The notes beneath the pieces are model-generated. The model did no database searches. It saw only the letters and a list, made by a program, of their open reading frames with translations, and had not been told where the DNA came from. From Mobula hypostoma (Eukaryota), in assembly GCF_963921235.1 (NCBI RefSeq), contig NC_086097.1:212476001-212540000 (forward strand): DNA of 64,000 nucleotides, given 5' to 3'. The position numbers and the translations under genes were made by a program. Numbering within the stretch: the stretch's first letter is position 1; the number at the start of each line of letters is the position of its first letter. This document shows, in pieces, positions 12,721-25,094 of the stretch.

Positions 12721-14369
12721 AATATTAAGCTAATATACTTGGGTTCATTGTACATTCAGAAATCTGATGGCAGAGGGGAAGAAGCTGTTCCCGAAATGCT
12801 GAATGTATGTCTTCAGGGTCCTCTACCTCCTGCTTGACAGTAGTAATGAGAAGAGGGCATGAACTGGGTAATGGGAGTCCTTAATGATGGATGCCACATT
12901 TTTCAGGCTTTGCCTTTTGAAGGTGTTCTCGATGCTGGTGTGTATAGTGCCCATGATGGAGTTGGCCGAGTTTACAACTTTCTGCCACTTTTTCTGATCT
13001 TGTACAGTGGCCCCCTCCATACCAGACATTGATGCAACCAATTAAAATGCTCTCCATGGTACATCTGTAGAAATTTCCAAATGTATTTGGTTACTTAGCA
13101 AATACAAACTCCTAATGAAATATAGCCGTTGTTGTGCCTTCTTTGTAATTGTACCAATATGTTGTCCCAGGATAGATCTTCAGAGATGCTAACACACAGG
13201 AACTTGAAACTGCTCACCCTTTCCACTACTAATCCCTTGATAAGGACAGGTTTGTGTTTCCTTGATGTCCCCTTCCTGAAGGCCACAATCAATTCTTTGG
13301 TCTTACTGATATTGAGTGAAAGGTTGTTACGACACCACTCAACCAGCCAATCATCATCTGAAATTGTTGTGCCATCGACAAATTTGAGCTGTGCCTGGCC
13401 ACACAGTCATGGGTGCAGGGAGAGTAAAGCACTGGGCTAAGCACACGGCCTTGAGGTGTGCCAGCATTGACGGTCAGTGAGGAGGAGAAGTTATTTCCAA
13501 TCCACACTGACCAGGATCTCCTGGTTAGGGGTTCAAGGATCCAGTTGCAGCGAGATGCCCAGGTTTTAAAGCTTGCTGATTAGGACTGAGGGTATGATTG
13601 TTTTGAATGCTAAACAGCAGCCTGAGGTACATTTGCTATTATCCAAATGATGCAAGGCTGAGTCGAGAGCCAGTGAGGTTGCATCTGCTGTGGACTACTG
13701 TGGTGATATACAAATTGCAGTGGGTTCAGTTCCTTGCTTTGGCAGGAATCAATTCTGGTTATAACCAACCTCTCAAAGCACTTCATCACGGTGGATGTGA
13801 GTGCGACTGGGTGATTATTGTTGAGGCAGTTCATCCTACTCTTCTTGGGCATTGGTATAATTGTTGTCCTTTTGAAGAAGGTGGGAACCTCTGACTATAG
13901 CTGTGAGAGATTGAAGTATCATTATTATCAATGACATATGTAATGAATTTTTTTGTTTTATGGCAGCAGTACAAGCAAAACAAAAAACAAACTTTAAGTT
14001 ATATGAATTAAATAAATAAACAATACATTAGCTAACCAGTGAGGTTGTGTTCATGGGTTCAGAGATCATTCAGTAAACTGATGCTGAAATGGAAGAAACT
14101 GTTCCTAAAACATTGAGTGTGGGTCCTCAGACTCAAAATCCCCAAGTGTCTGATTTTCAGAGATTTTCTGCAAACAGAAAAGGAAAGATCCTAAGGATTA
14201 CACAATAATAATCTGAATCTGAATCAGATTCATCATCACTGTCTTACATGGTGAGAAACTGTCACGTTAGATTTGAATTTTTTTTTGTGATTCACTGTTT
14301 ATGTCTTGAGTAATTCCATTGCTGTTCAGTACATTTGTCAACTGACACAAACTCAAGGGATTCGACAGA

Positions 14370-14522
14370 TGCTGGAAGTCTTGAGCAACACACCAAAAAT
14401 GCTAGAGGAACTCAGCAAGTCAGGCTGTCTCTATGGAGGGGAACAAACAGTCAACACTTATAGAGGCTGCCTGGCTTGCTGAGTTCCTCCAGTATTTTGT
14501 GTGCTTAGCTCAAGATTTCCAG
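14370..14522. repeat. Fold-back pair of Penelope terminal-repeat fragments
   Basis: ctggaagtcttgagcaacac...gaggaactcagcaagtcaggc is followed by its near reverse complement gcctggcttgctgagttcctcc...gctcaagatttccag. Confidence 0.7.
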
Positions 14523-15620
14523 TTGAGTCTACAACCCTCTGCAAACTCTTATGATCCTGTTCATTAGAGCTTCCATACCAGACTGCACTGCAACCATTCA
14601 GAATGCTCTCCAAGGTATATCTACAGAAATTTGCAAGAGTCTTTGGTGATGTACCAAATCTCCTGAAACTCATAGCAAAGTAAAGCTACTGGCATGCCTT
14701 CTTTATGATTGCATCAATGTTTTGGGCCCAGGCCAGATCCTCTAATATGTTGACACCCAGGAACTTCAAGCTGCTTACCCTTTCCAACATGACTCCTCAA
14801 TAAAGACAGGAGAGTGTTCTCCCAAATTTCCTTTTTCTGAAGTCCACAGTCAATTCTTTGGTCCTGCTGACATCGAGTACGATATTGTTGCAACACCACT
14901 CAAAACAGTCAACCTATCTCACCATCTACCTCACACCTAAGATTTTACCAACAACAGTAGTGTCATCTAAGACTTTAAAGGTGATATTTGAGCTGTGCTT
15001 GGTCACGGAGTCCTGAGTGTAGAGAGCACAGGGCTGCGCACACATCTTTGATGTTCAGGACGCGTTGATCATCAACAAGAAGGTGACATTATCACCAATG
15101 TTTACTGACTGCGGTCTTCCAATGACAAATTTGAGGATTGAGTTACAGAGTAAGGCACAGAAGCCCAGGTTTAGAAACTTGGTGTTTAATACTGAAGGGA
15201 TAAAGGTATTGAACTCCAAGCTATAATGGAGTAACAACAGCCTGACATATGTTTTGCTGTTATCTAGGTGCTTCAAGGCAGAGTGAAGAGCCAGTGAGAT
15301 TGTGTCCACTGTAGACCTGTAGTGGCAGTTGGTGAATTGCAGCAGGGTTCAGGTCCTTGCTCGTGGAGGAGTTAATTCTAGGCTTAACCAGTCTCTTGAA
15401 GCACTTCTTTACAATAGATGTGAGAACTACTGGTTGATAGTTGTTAAGGCCACTCATCTTGCTCTTCTTGGGTGCCAGTATGATTGCTGGTTCCCACCTT
15501 TCGAAGCAGATTCGAACCTCAGACTGCAGGAGTGAAAGTTGAAGATGTCCTTGAACAGTTGGTCAGCACAGCTTTTTAGTATGCAGCCAGGTACATCATC
15601 GGAGACTGACGCATTGCATT
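14523..15620 (-). mobile_element. Rex1/Babar LINE RT fragment
   Basis: LNNYQPVVLTSIVKKCFKRLV, DTISLALHSALKHLDNSKTYVRLL, FCRYTLESILNGCSAVWYG. Confidence 0.85.
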
Positions 15621-16024
15621 TATTGTATATTTAAATAGTTATTCTTATTACATTTCTAAACTTTATATTTAAAAAATACAGAACTGTATTACCATCAATA
15701 CTAATGCAGAAGCGGTTGCAAGTGTCTTGAAACTTTATTGACCAGTACAATACAATTGTTAAAAGATATTCTTGCTAACCGAACAAGAAAACATTTTCAG
15801 TAGGTTCCAATTATGTTGTCCTTCAAAGCAAGTGCATGCTCATCACACTTAAAGTTTAGAATTCAAATAATGTAGTCAATTCCACTGTCGTCTCAATGTA
15901 AGAGTAGTTAATTTACAGAAGATGTCAGGGAATTTCAAGGAAGAAAATATCAAAAATGTCAGTTGATAGGCAAATAGAATATGATGTGAAGAAATGGAAG
16001 TTGGAAGTAGCACAATTAAACAAA

Positions 16025-16590
16025 TCAAGTTCAGGTTCAAATTCAAGTTTATGAACAATGTTTCTCTGGGCCACAGTGCACCCACAAAACATATCACACA
16101 CGGCACATAAACCAAAATATTATCACAAATAAGGTAATAAAATATAATTCAAAATGCATGTAGTGTGCAGCACAGGTGAATAGTAAACAGTTTAGTAATC
16201 AGTTAACAGCTTGCTGTCCTAGTGATGAGATCTCAGTGGTGGCAAGGTATTCATTCATCTCACAGATTGAGGTAGGAAGTTGTAACCCAATCTGGCACTC
16301 CTAGTCCTAATGCCTCTGTATCTCCTTCCTGATGGTAGTGAGTCAAAGAGATTGTGGGATGGCTGGTGGAGATGCTCAACAATGCTTTGGACTCTGTCTA
16401 CAATACTCCTGGTAAATATCACAAGGAGGGGGAGATAGACCCTGATAATCCTCTCACCGGTTTTTGCTATCTTCTGTAGGGTCACTTGATCTGATGCCTT
16501 GAAGATTCTGTACCATACAGTGATGCAGCCAGCAGGACACTCTCGACAGTGCTCCTGCAGAAAGTTGTTAGAATGGGGGTAGGGGAATGT
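16025..16590 (-). mobile_element. Rex1/Babar LINE 3' end
   Basis: GCITVWY...LQKIAKTGERII...HNLFDSLPSGRRYRGIRTRSARLGYNFLPQSVR, with a (ttgaac)-like tail. Confidence 0.8.
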
Positions 16591-19500
16591 CACACCAATG
16601 AACAGAATGGAGGGAAATGTCACACCAATTCAACTGAATTCTAAGTCCTCACAGTTCTACCAAAATCCTAGGCTAAATTTGGAATATTACACAAAGCTCT
16701 GTCACCCATAGGCACTTCAGAATACAACAATGAAGAATGGCTTGAAAATCTGGAGCTTGAGAAAAAGAGATGTCTTATTGGGTTCCTAGTAACAGTGAAA
16801 TAAAACTGAAAACCTTCATTTTAGGATAGGGAAAAGTAGCAAAAGTTCAGGGATGTACAGGTAACATCATTCTCAGAGTGATAAATTTTTCTCAATATGA
16901 GCCATATTTTTAAATTATTTTAAGAAATAACTATATGCAATAATGGGAGATTCAATGGAAAAATACAATTATTTGTGACAAAATTCATCTTACATATCTA
17001 TTGTTATCTTAAATCACAACAATATTAAATTCTAGTTAAATTGTTCGTGAATGAAAGGAAATTAATCAGAATTCCTAAGCCTGACTGATACCGCTGGTAA
17101 AAAAGTACATCTGTGTAAATGTCAGGTATGCAGAAGCTTCACGGAATGGTTTTCTCCGCAACTTTCCACAATGGGGTACCTGTTAATGAGATTTATCAAT
17201 GGCAGAGTTCTACAGACATTCTAAGTAAACAAAAAAAAACACTTACTTCCAAAGCTAAATCATTGCCCATTTTTCGAACACCTCTGTATGAACCTCCATG
17301 GTAAAATTGCAAGAATATTAATTTAAAACTAGTGTTTTACCTTACACCAGATTATAACAATACATGGTTAATTTTGTTCTATTATAGTAAGTACATTTGT
17401 CCAAAATCCGGTTTCAAATAACACCAGCTAATAAATATTTGACTACCAATTTTTTACCTAGATTAACTACAAACTTATTTCAGAATGCTTAGAAAATAAT
17501 TCTTCTCCCTCCTGCACATTTTCAGTTCACTAATGTTAAATACTGACTGTATTTTTATCAATGCCTTTTTCCATTGCTATGAATAAGATGGTATCACTTA
17601 TGCAATAAATTAATGTAATTAATGTAATTTTCTACCAGATGATTCCAGCACTCCCCTTTCTTCACACTACTGGCATATATCCAGCAGTGGCTTCACTGAA
17701 GTCATTACATGCACAGAATCTCTTTGCTTGCAGCTACAGTTCATGAAAAGCAATCCCACATATGTTGTTACTTAACAATGAGCAACAGCCCTAAAGCATG
17801 CAGCATGATTTGATAATTTATCAGCTGTAATAATTGCTGTGTGCAGCTATATGGCAGAAGGGGGCTGTGATTCCTCTTTTCATGAAAAATGCAAGTGACC
17901 TGCTTTTATCGATAATCTTGAATTATTGATAAAATTGTGGAAGAACTAAAACATTCCACATCAATAGAAAAAAATATTATTAGCAAGAACAAACAAATAT
18001 CTGGCAATCATGCTATCAACTTTGTGCAGCTTTGAACTTTTTTTTCTTTTTGTAGAAGATTTTGAAATAAGCTATTTGTATGTCTTCTCTATGTGGCTTT
18101 AGAAAACAGGGCTGAAAAAAAATCTTCATATTGGCTGGAGTAGTTAAGGTATGAACTGAAATTAGCCAAAGTTGTTTATTGAATGTTGCACCTCAAAGTC
18201 TATTTCAAATTAATACAAAGTTGGTTAATTATCAAATTCATGATCTACTGAGCCAGGTAAGTTCCCTTACATTATTTTCAGAATAGCATAGATTTAGTAG
18301 GGTATCTTCCCTTCTGACAGGTTACAAAGGAAAAAAAAAAGGACAAGGGTAGTTAGTTAGTAAACTCAAATAGAAAGGAATTTGAACAAGTAAGAAGGAA
18401 ACTATTCACTTGAAGTCAAGAATCAGACTAGCTGGGAAAGTTAAAAGCAAGAGACTGCATATGTTAGCATCTGGAACAAAAACAGAAGGCTGGATGGACT
18501 AAATGGGTGTAAGCAAAAGGTGCAAGTTAATATTTTGGGTCAAGACCTTGAATTGGGTTTAAGAGGGTAAAGGAAAGAATGCCAGTCTATAGCAGGATGA
18601 GGGTGTGTTAGGACAGACGCTAGGAGCTGATAGGTGTGCAGATGAACCATATGGAGATCAGGGGCTTAGAAAAGGGAACAAAGCTTAACTGGTGATTGTG
18701 TCATTGTTAACTGGCTATTACAGTCATTTAAAATGTAATAAATTATATTTGGATCTTTAAAAGTATAAATTGCATGAAGTAGGTCATAGAGCAAAAAAAA
18801 AACCAGAAAGATATTGCCATGTAGTTGGATTGGCCATTACATGTAGTTGGAGATTATATAAGGAGTAAGTATACAGCTCAAATATTTCTTTGGTTGATTA
18901 GATTCAGTGTTATTACATGTCTTGGAAGGCTGTGGATGTAAGCCTCATTCCTGAGATATGACCCCATAATCCAGGCCAATACTTCAGTACAAATCTTTCT
19001 TTCAATTAAACCTCAGAAAGGAGATGCTATGCGATGTATGGATTTCCCATCAATATGTTCATGTACCCGTGACAAGGAAAAGAGCTTCAGATCCTTAACT
19101 TTAACCCTAATTTTAACTTCAGAGGAAATATCTTTGATATGTAGAGACATCAATACTGATTTACCTGAATTTTCTTCAGAGGATAAAAGTATATTTAGGG
19201 CTTTACCTAAAAGGGTAAAGAGTCAATTGAAATGTCATGAAGCACAACTTCCAGCCTTTCACCTCAGTTTTCCAGAGGTTATGTACTTTTGTCACTGAAA
19301 AGGAGCTGAAAAATATACTACTATAAATTGTCAAATGCATGGTAATGTATTCATAAATACTGTGCATTATAGGATTCTGTATAGAACAAGAGATGTGTCA
19401 TAGCAGCAATTATTCACTTCATTTATGTCCCTGCTTTGGTAGGTAGGTAAAATTGAGTTTTGAACTTTTAAACCCTAGATGATCATCACTGTAGATGAAG

Positions 19501-20818
19501 TTTCGTAGGAATACCAAATACCAATTATCATAGAAAGTTTCCATTCATTGATAAGTACTGTGCATTGTGTTGTGGTACCATTTAAAATATGTTAAAGAAA
19601 GTATAAAAGAAACATAAAGCTATATCCACGTATAGTTTCAAAAGTGAATCAACAAGCAGAGGCACTGTATGATCATAAACAAGGGACTTGTTATAGAATG
19701 GTCCAAATACCTTTAGGTTGCATTACTGAAGGAGACTGTTTAACATATTTGATGCCAACAAAAAATAGGTTGCTATTACTGTCAATCTACCTTTCACTGA
19801 CACAGAGCTCAATGTGAGATATCTCTTGGTTTCTGACTCTGATGCTGCAGGGCAGACTTTTTCCCCATTGCATTAATACTTATCCCATATAATAAAGCCT
19901 TCAATCTTTGCTTCTAATAATGCTGACAGTTAATTAATTGTTCTGTAACCTTGATCCAGCTAAAAGCATTTTTTCTATTTTGTTTTCTCATTATCAATAT
20001 TTTCTCTCAAAGTTGTGATTCAATTAGATGCAAAAATGTTTGACAACATAAAGGTGAAATATCTTTAACTTTTTGTAATCAATTGTATGTTATTCTTTTC
20101 TGATGTATGCTCATTTATCTTCTTCACAATTTACCAAAGATTTTTAATACAACAAGTCATTCCCCAGCCAATTCTACATAAATTGGACTATCTTGCACTG
20201 TAATAGAATACATTATGCAAGATAAAAGCATGTTATCTCAGAACACTTAGACATAATCCAATATATAAATGAGGTTAAATCACACTGTGCAAAACGAAAA
20301 TAAACACATTACTGCCTAGTTCATAATTCTTTCCATTTTTACAAGACATTGAATCAACTGAAGCAAACATGCTTGTGACACCTTTGTTAATGAAAGAAAT
20401 GTACGAGTGCTTTATATCCTAACACCTACACTGCAAAATCATTACCAAATACTCTTAAACTCACTTACCTACATGTGATCAGCTTGAGCTGGTGTCCAAG
20501 CATGCCAATACACTACAGAGAGCTGAACTTGTCTGTTACCTGAGTATAGTGCCTGATGTACTCATGCTATGTTGCCAGCTGTGCCTCCGGCCCAGGTAAA
20601 CGATAAAAGAAATGTGTGCATCGAGCTCCACTCCCCAGCCATTTAATTTCCAATATTATCATTGAATGGACAGCAACAGTGATTTGTTTCTATTTAAAGG
20701 TTTCTAACCATTGTTAAAGTGCTGTAATTGCATCTAAGAATGCTTAAAACCTCAAGCAACACACATCAAAGCTGCTGGTGAACGCAGCAGGCCAGGCAGC
20801 ATCTCTAGGAAGAGGTAC

Positions 20819-20854
20819 AGTCGACGTTTCGGGCCGAGACTCTTCGTCAGGACT
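20819..20854 (-). ncRNA. Minimal type I hammerhead ribozyme motif, catalytic core intact
   Basis: AGUC-CUGACGA-A-GAGUCUCGGCCC-GAAAC-GUC-GACU: stem I AGUC/GACU, GUC cleavage triplet, one A-C mismatch in stem II. Confidence 0.75.
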
Positions 20855-21417
20855 AACTGAAGAAAGAGTTAGTAAGAGATTTGAAAGTGGGAGGGGGAGG
20901 AGGAGATCCAAAATGATAGGAGAAGACAGGAGTGGGAGGGCTGGAGCCAAGAGCTGGACAGGTGATTGGCAAAAGGGATATGAGAAGATCATGGGACAGA
21001 AGGCCCAGGGAGAAGGAAAAGGGGGAGGGGGGAAAAATCCAGAGGATGGGCAAGGGGTATAGTCAGAGGGTCAGAGGGGGAAAAAGGAGAGAGAGAAAGA
21101 ATGTGTATATATAAATAAATAACAGATGGGGTACGAGGGGGAGGTGGGGCATTAGCGGAAGTTAGAGAAGTCAATGCTCATGCCATCAGGTTGGAGGCTA
21201 CACAGATGGAATATCAGGTGTTGTTCCTCCAACCTGAGTGTGGCTTCATCTTTACAGTAGAGGAGGCTGTGGATAGACATATCAGAATGGGAATGGGATG
21301 TGGAATTAATATGTGTGGCCACTGGGAGATCCTGCTTTCTCTGGCGGACAGAGCGTAGGTGTTCAGCAAAACGATCTCCCAGTCATTTTGGATCTTTTAC
21401 TAGCTCTTCCTTCAGTT

Positions 21418-21453
21418 AGTCCTGACGAAGGGTCTCGGCCCAAAACGTCGACT
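21418..21453 (+). ncRNA. Hammerhead motif with G12>A core mutation (predicted inactive)
   Basis: AGUC-CUGACGA-A-GGGUCUCGGCCC-AAAAC-GUC-GACU; GAAA has become AAAA. Confidence 0.65.
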
Positions 21454-22684
21454 GTACCTCTTCCTAGAGATGCTGCCTGGCCTGCTGCGTTCACCAGCAA
21501 CTTTGATGTGTGTTGCTTGAATTTCCAGCATCTGCAGAATTCCTCGTATTTGCATGCTTAAAACCTCAGTATTTTATGCAGATCTGGAAATAAGTTACAA
21601 GTTCTGCAAGACCCAGGTAATGTGATAACATCCAAAAACTGGCATTCAGCCCAAATTAGTCAGAGATCTCAAATACACATTTGAGCTCAGTCTTGCTGAG
21701 ATGTGCTAGAATTGACTCATTTGATTTAACTTTTTGCTACAGCATTATCTGATTACCCAAAGTGAGCCCAACAGGACCTGATTGTGGAAAGGGTTTGGCG
21801 TACTGTGTGTTCTGATTTTACACTCCATGGGCTTTACACTGGATCTGGCTGTGTGGACTGACCCAATACAATACTGTGACTGCAAGCCTTTTTTTCTGCC
21901 TTTTTGCAAAAGCCTCCCAATATTACTTTGGTTTTATTAAAATTACTGATTGGAAGCAACAGTGTGCTTGAGATTATAATATTTATGGCAGTGATTTAAA
22001 GGCCTTGGGCTTTATTCATGATTAGATTAGTTGGGTCACATTTTTATAGATATCATGCCCCAAACATAAAGCAATTTTTTAAATTGATTTTTTAAAAAAA
22101 TACCATACTGAATGCTAAATGAAGCTTGGACTAGAGATGATCACAGTAGAAGCAAAAATTTCGTAAACAGAGATTCTGTCCATTATTTCAACATTCCTTA
22201 CATTTTCAAATACTCATGTGAAGAATTTAAAATGCAGATACATAATGTCTAAAGGACCAAATAGTCTGTTAATTAATTAAAGTGTTAATTATGCAATGGT
22301 AACTTAATATCTATGAAATATTCATGTAGAACTCATGTAGCAGAAAAAAAAATCTTGAAATATTTTAAGGCTTGTTTTGGTTGAGAAGCAGCTTAAAGTT
22401 ATATCAGTTCTGGTGATCTCCCATGTTTGCAATAGATAAAACTGGATAACCTGTAGAGACACACTGGTTCATTGCCAACAGTTTCAATTTTAATCACACA
22501 TGCATGATAGATCCTATCAGTTTCATGATGATAATGATTGTTGTTATGCTAGTAAATCTGTTGCAACTCTATGGGCCATCACAGTGAATAAAATAACTGA
22601 ATGAATAAACTTAGATCCCAACCGAATGACACCACAACTTCTCTCTTAACTGAGAGTTGACTTTGCAGCTGCTCTATCTGTTTG

Positions 22685-22990
22685 AAAGAATGCTTTAAGG
22701 AAGTGCATGATTAGACCCGAGGACCTGGAGGATGTTGCTGCTGACTATATCACTTGTTGACAGCTGTGCAGGGATGGGGTTCGTATTCTGGAGATGGAAA
22801 GGACAACCAGGAGACAGCAGAAGAGAGCCAGGAGAAATGCAGCCATCATTGCCACCACTACCACATATACATGTCCCACCTGCAATAGAGCATGTGGGTC
22901 CAGGACAGGACTGTATAGTCATCAAAGATCTCACCGTTAAAGGAGTGGACATCGTCATTGGATTTCGATGGACAACCGAAGAGAAGATCT
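22685..22990 (+). mobile_element. RTE-clade LINE 3' end
   Basis: Plus frame reads ...DGVRILEMERTTRRQQKRARRNAA..TYTCPTCNRACGSRTGLYSHQRSHR*, an RTE-type C-terminal zinc finger, followed by a short gaaga tail. Confidence 0.8.
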
Positions 22991-24074
22991 GTTTGAAAGA
23001 CTCAGCGACACTCCTCCGCTGATCTGACTTCTGCACTAACAGTCCTGGCTGTCCATATACATCCAGATACTGCATTTTTTATTTCTCTGTTTTACTTTTA
23101 ACACCCCCTTCACTTTCATCCTTCTCTTTTGTGATACGTTCACACTGAGTCCGAAACTGACTCATGTAGTTAATATGCCTGCCTCTGCCCCGCTCCTGCA
23201 GCATTTCATTTTCTTTACCCCCACTGTCTCTCTCTAACTCTTCCCTGCATAGGTAACTGTATAGGTAATTTCACACTTTGATATCCAATCCTCCTAACCT
23301 ATGTGGTGGTTCAACTCAAAACAGGTTCTTGGACGTTTTTTCTCCTTTGAGCTCACCCAGGGATGCCGAAAATGTTCATACATTAAAGAAGATAAAGTAA
23401 AGTTGCAAGTTTGAATTAATTAGTTTTTGCGTGTTCATTTACCCAGCCTAAGTTAGTTGATCAAAGAGAGGGTTAACAATACCTTAGAATGAGGCATATG
23501 AGTACATTGTGTGAATCATTATTTGCTTTTGACAGCAAGTAGCTTAAGTCAGGAATAAAATTTGTCAATCTGATCTTTAGTTATGTTCTATTTTTTGACT
23601 GAATAAAGTTAGGATATTTGTTGATTTGTATCTTATATGAAAATAATATTTCCATATCTTTGCCTCCAATTAAAATAAATTGGCTTAATTATTATTTCTG
23701 TACAGGTGTTCAGTGTTAGTTCTGCACTCAATGATCAAACTAGTTACAATTAAAAATCTCTTAATAAGCATATGTGAGCACACTTTACAAAAATAAAATA
23801 GATTTGCCTTTAAAGATCATGCCAACAAAGTTATTTGATTACTATGAAAAAATGCACTAATTGCAATGTTGAATGTTTGCATCTAAGAATCATCCAAATA
23901 TGACATTTGTTCAAGCTACATCTCATTAATCCAAAGCACAGTTTAAATGCTTTGTTTGCAAATTATAATTATTTTGATTACACTAGTTACTGATAGCAAT
24001 GCTTATTTGCAATGCATCCTTTGAATTTGTCTAATTACATCTTAAAACACGGTGGAGAAGATTAATTAACCCAC

Positions 24075-24140
24075 CTGGCTTCCTGGCATGAAGTCCTGGC
24101 TTGAATCTGTCATACTCATGTACATGTTTTCACCATCAAG
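24075..24140 (-). CDS. TOX: Internal coding exon (exon 2) of TOX, thymocyte selection-associated HMG-box transcription factor
   Basis: Minus strand reads ttattcttttcacAG|CTT GAT GGT GAA AAC ATG TAC ATG AGT ATG ACA GAT TCA AGC CAG GAC TTC ATG CCA GGA AGC CAG|GTgggt. It is 66 nt, phase 0/0, and encodes LDGENMYMSMTDSSQDFMPGSQ. The recalled human TOX exon 2 is FDGENMYMSMTEPSQDYVPASQ (22 aa); TOX2 and TOX3 differ here. I did not find exons 1 or 3 in the window. Confidence 0.9.
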
Positions 24141-25094
24141 CTGTGAAAAGAATAATAAATATTCAGAGTGCATCCAAACTTAAAATCTGGCCATAATATA
24201 CATGATAATTAAATGTAGATTTTGTTGAAAAGGTTTGTTTTTGGTTTCATATTGCTGGTCTTTGATGAAATTCTTTCCATCTTTATTGACCCTGGATGTC
24301 AGTGATTTGAGGTAATTAGTTCAGTAGTAATTACATCAGGAAGGCAAAAAAATGAATGGTTTCCTTTCATCTGCAATCTGTTATGAAACAAAATGGCTCA
24401 TTCTCTGCACCATGCATACACATTGCCATTAGTTTTAATGAATTGCTAAATGAATGACACTGTTTCTGGCAGGATACAAGAATGATGAAGCGTACCTAAA
24501 ATGCACCCTGACTCGCCTCCAGATCTCAAATTTGCAATGCAGTTATAGAATGTGCATGTGTTATAATACAAAAATTCTTTAATCTTTCAGTGAAATTCTA
24601 ATGTTTTTGAAGGGCTGTGACAATATGCCCAATGTAAGCTCTAGAAATGCTACTACGAAGCGCAATGTTTTCACACACAACACAACAGCAACTCATTAAA
24701 AATCTATGTGCAAATAGATTAGTACATGGGTGAGAAGTGGATTGAGAAACTCCTAGGTTGGTCCCTGAATTTGTCAAAAGCTGCAAAAATTCTCTAATCT
24801 TTTAATCTAGATTTCAGATGTATCAGAAGAACTGTGACAAGCAAAAGAATTCAAAAGACCCAAAGTAAACATATACACCTAGAAATTCTTCTACTTACTG
24901 CAATATTTTATGTATATTTTATAGAATTTTGACTTTATATGCAAGTAGCACACTTCTGCATTTTAGATCCGAGCAATACATAAGATGTGTCCTACGAGGA
25001 AGCTGAGTACATTTTCTAAACTGAAGCTGTTCACTGTATTCTAGTGTATCATTTTAGTCGGAAATATGGTTTCAGAATATGTCTAATCGTAACA

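Larger units (their letters stand above)
9030..13915 (-). mobile_element. Rex1/Babar LINE (RT to 3' UTR) interrupted by the Penelope insertion at 9213-12720
   Basis: RT pieces LNNNHPVALTSTVMKCFERLV, GTPQGRVLSPVLYS and VERVSSFKFL lie at 12740-13900. The 3' UTR continues at 9030-9195 (aatcagaatcagatttaat tail). Confidence 0.8.
20755..21553 (-). mobile_element. 5'-truncated Neptune Penelope copy with inverted terminal repeat (fold-back), 15-bp TSD
   Basis: 20755-21383 closely matches 9213-9836. 21383-21553 is an inverted copy of the terminal repeat. TSD atgcttaaaacctca is at 20740-20754 and 21554-21568. Confidence 0.92.

Noticed and set aside
22695..23075. 126-aa minus-strand ORF near the TOX exon as a possible host exon
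   Set aside because: It is largely the antisense of an RTE LINE 3' end (CPTCNRACGSRTGLYSHQRSH on the plus strand) and does not resemble TOX exon 3.
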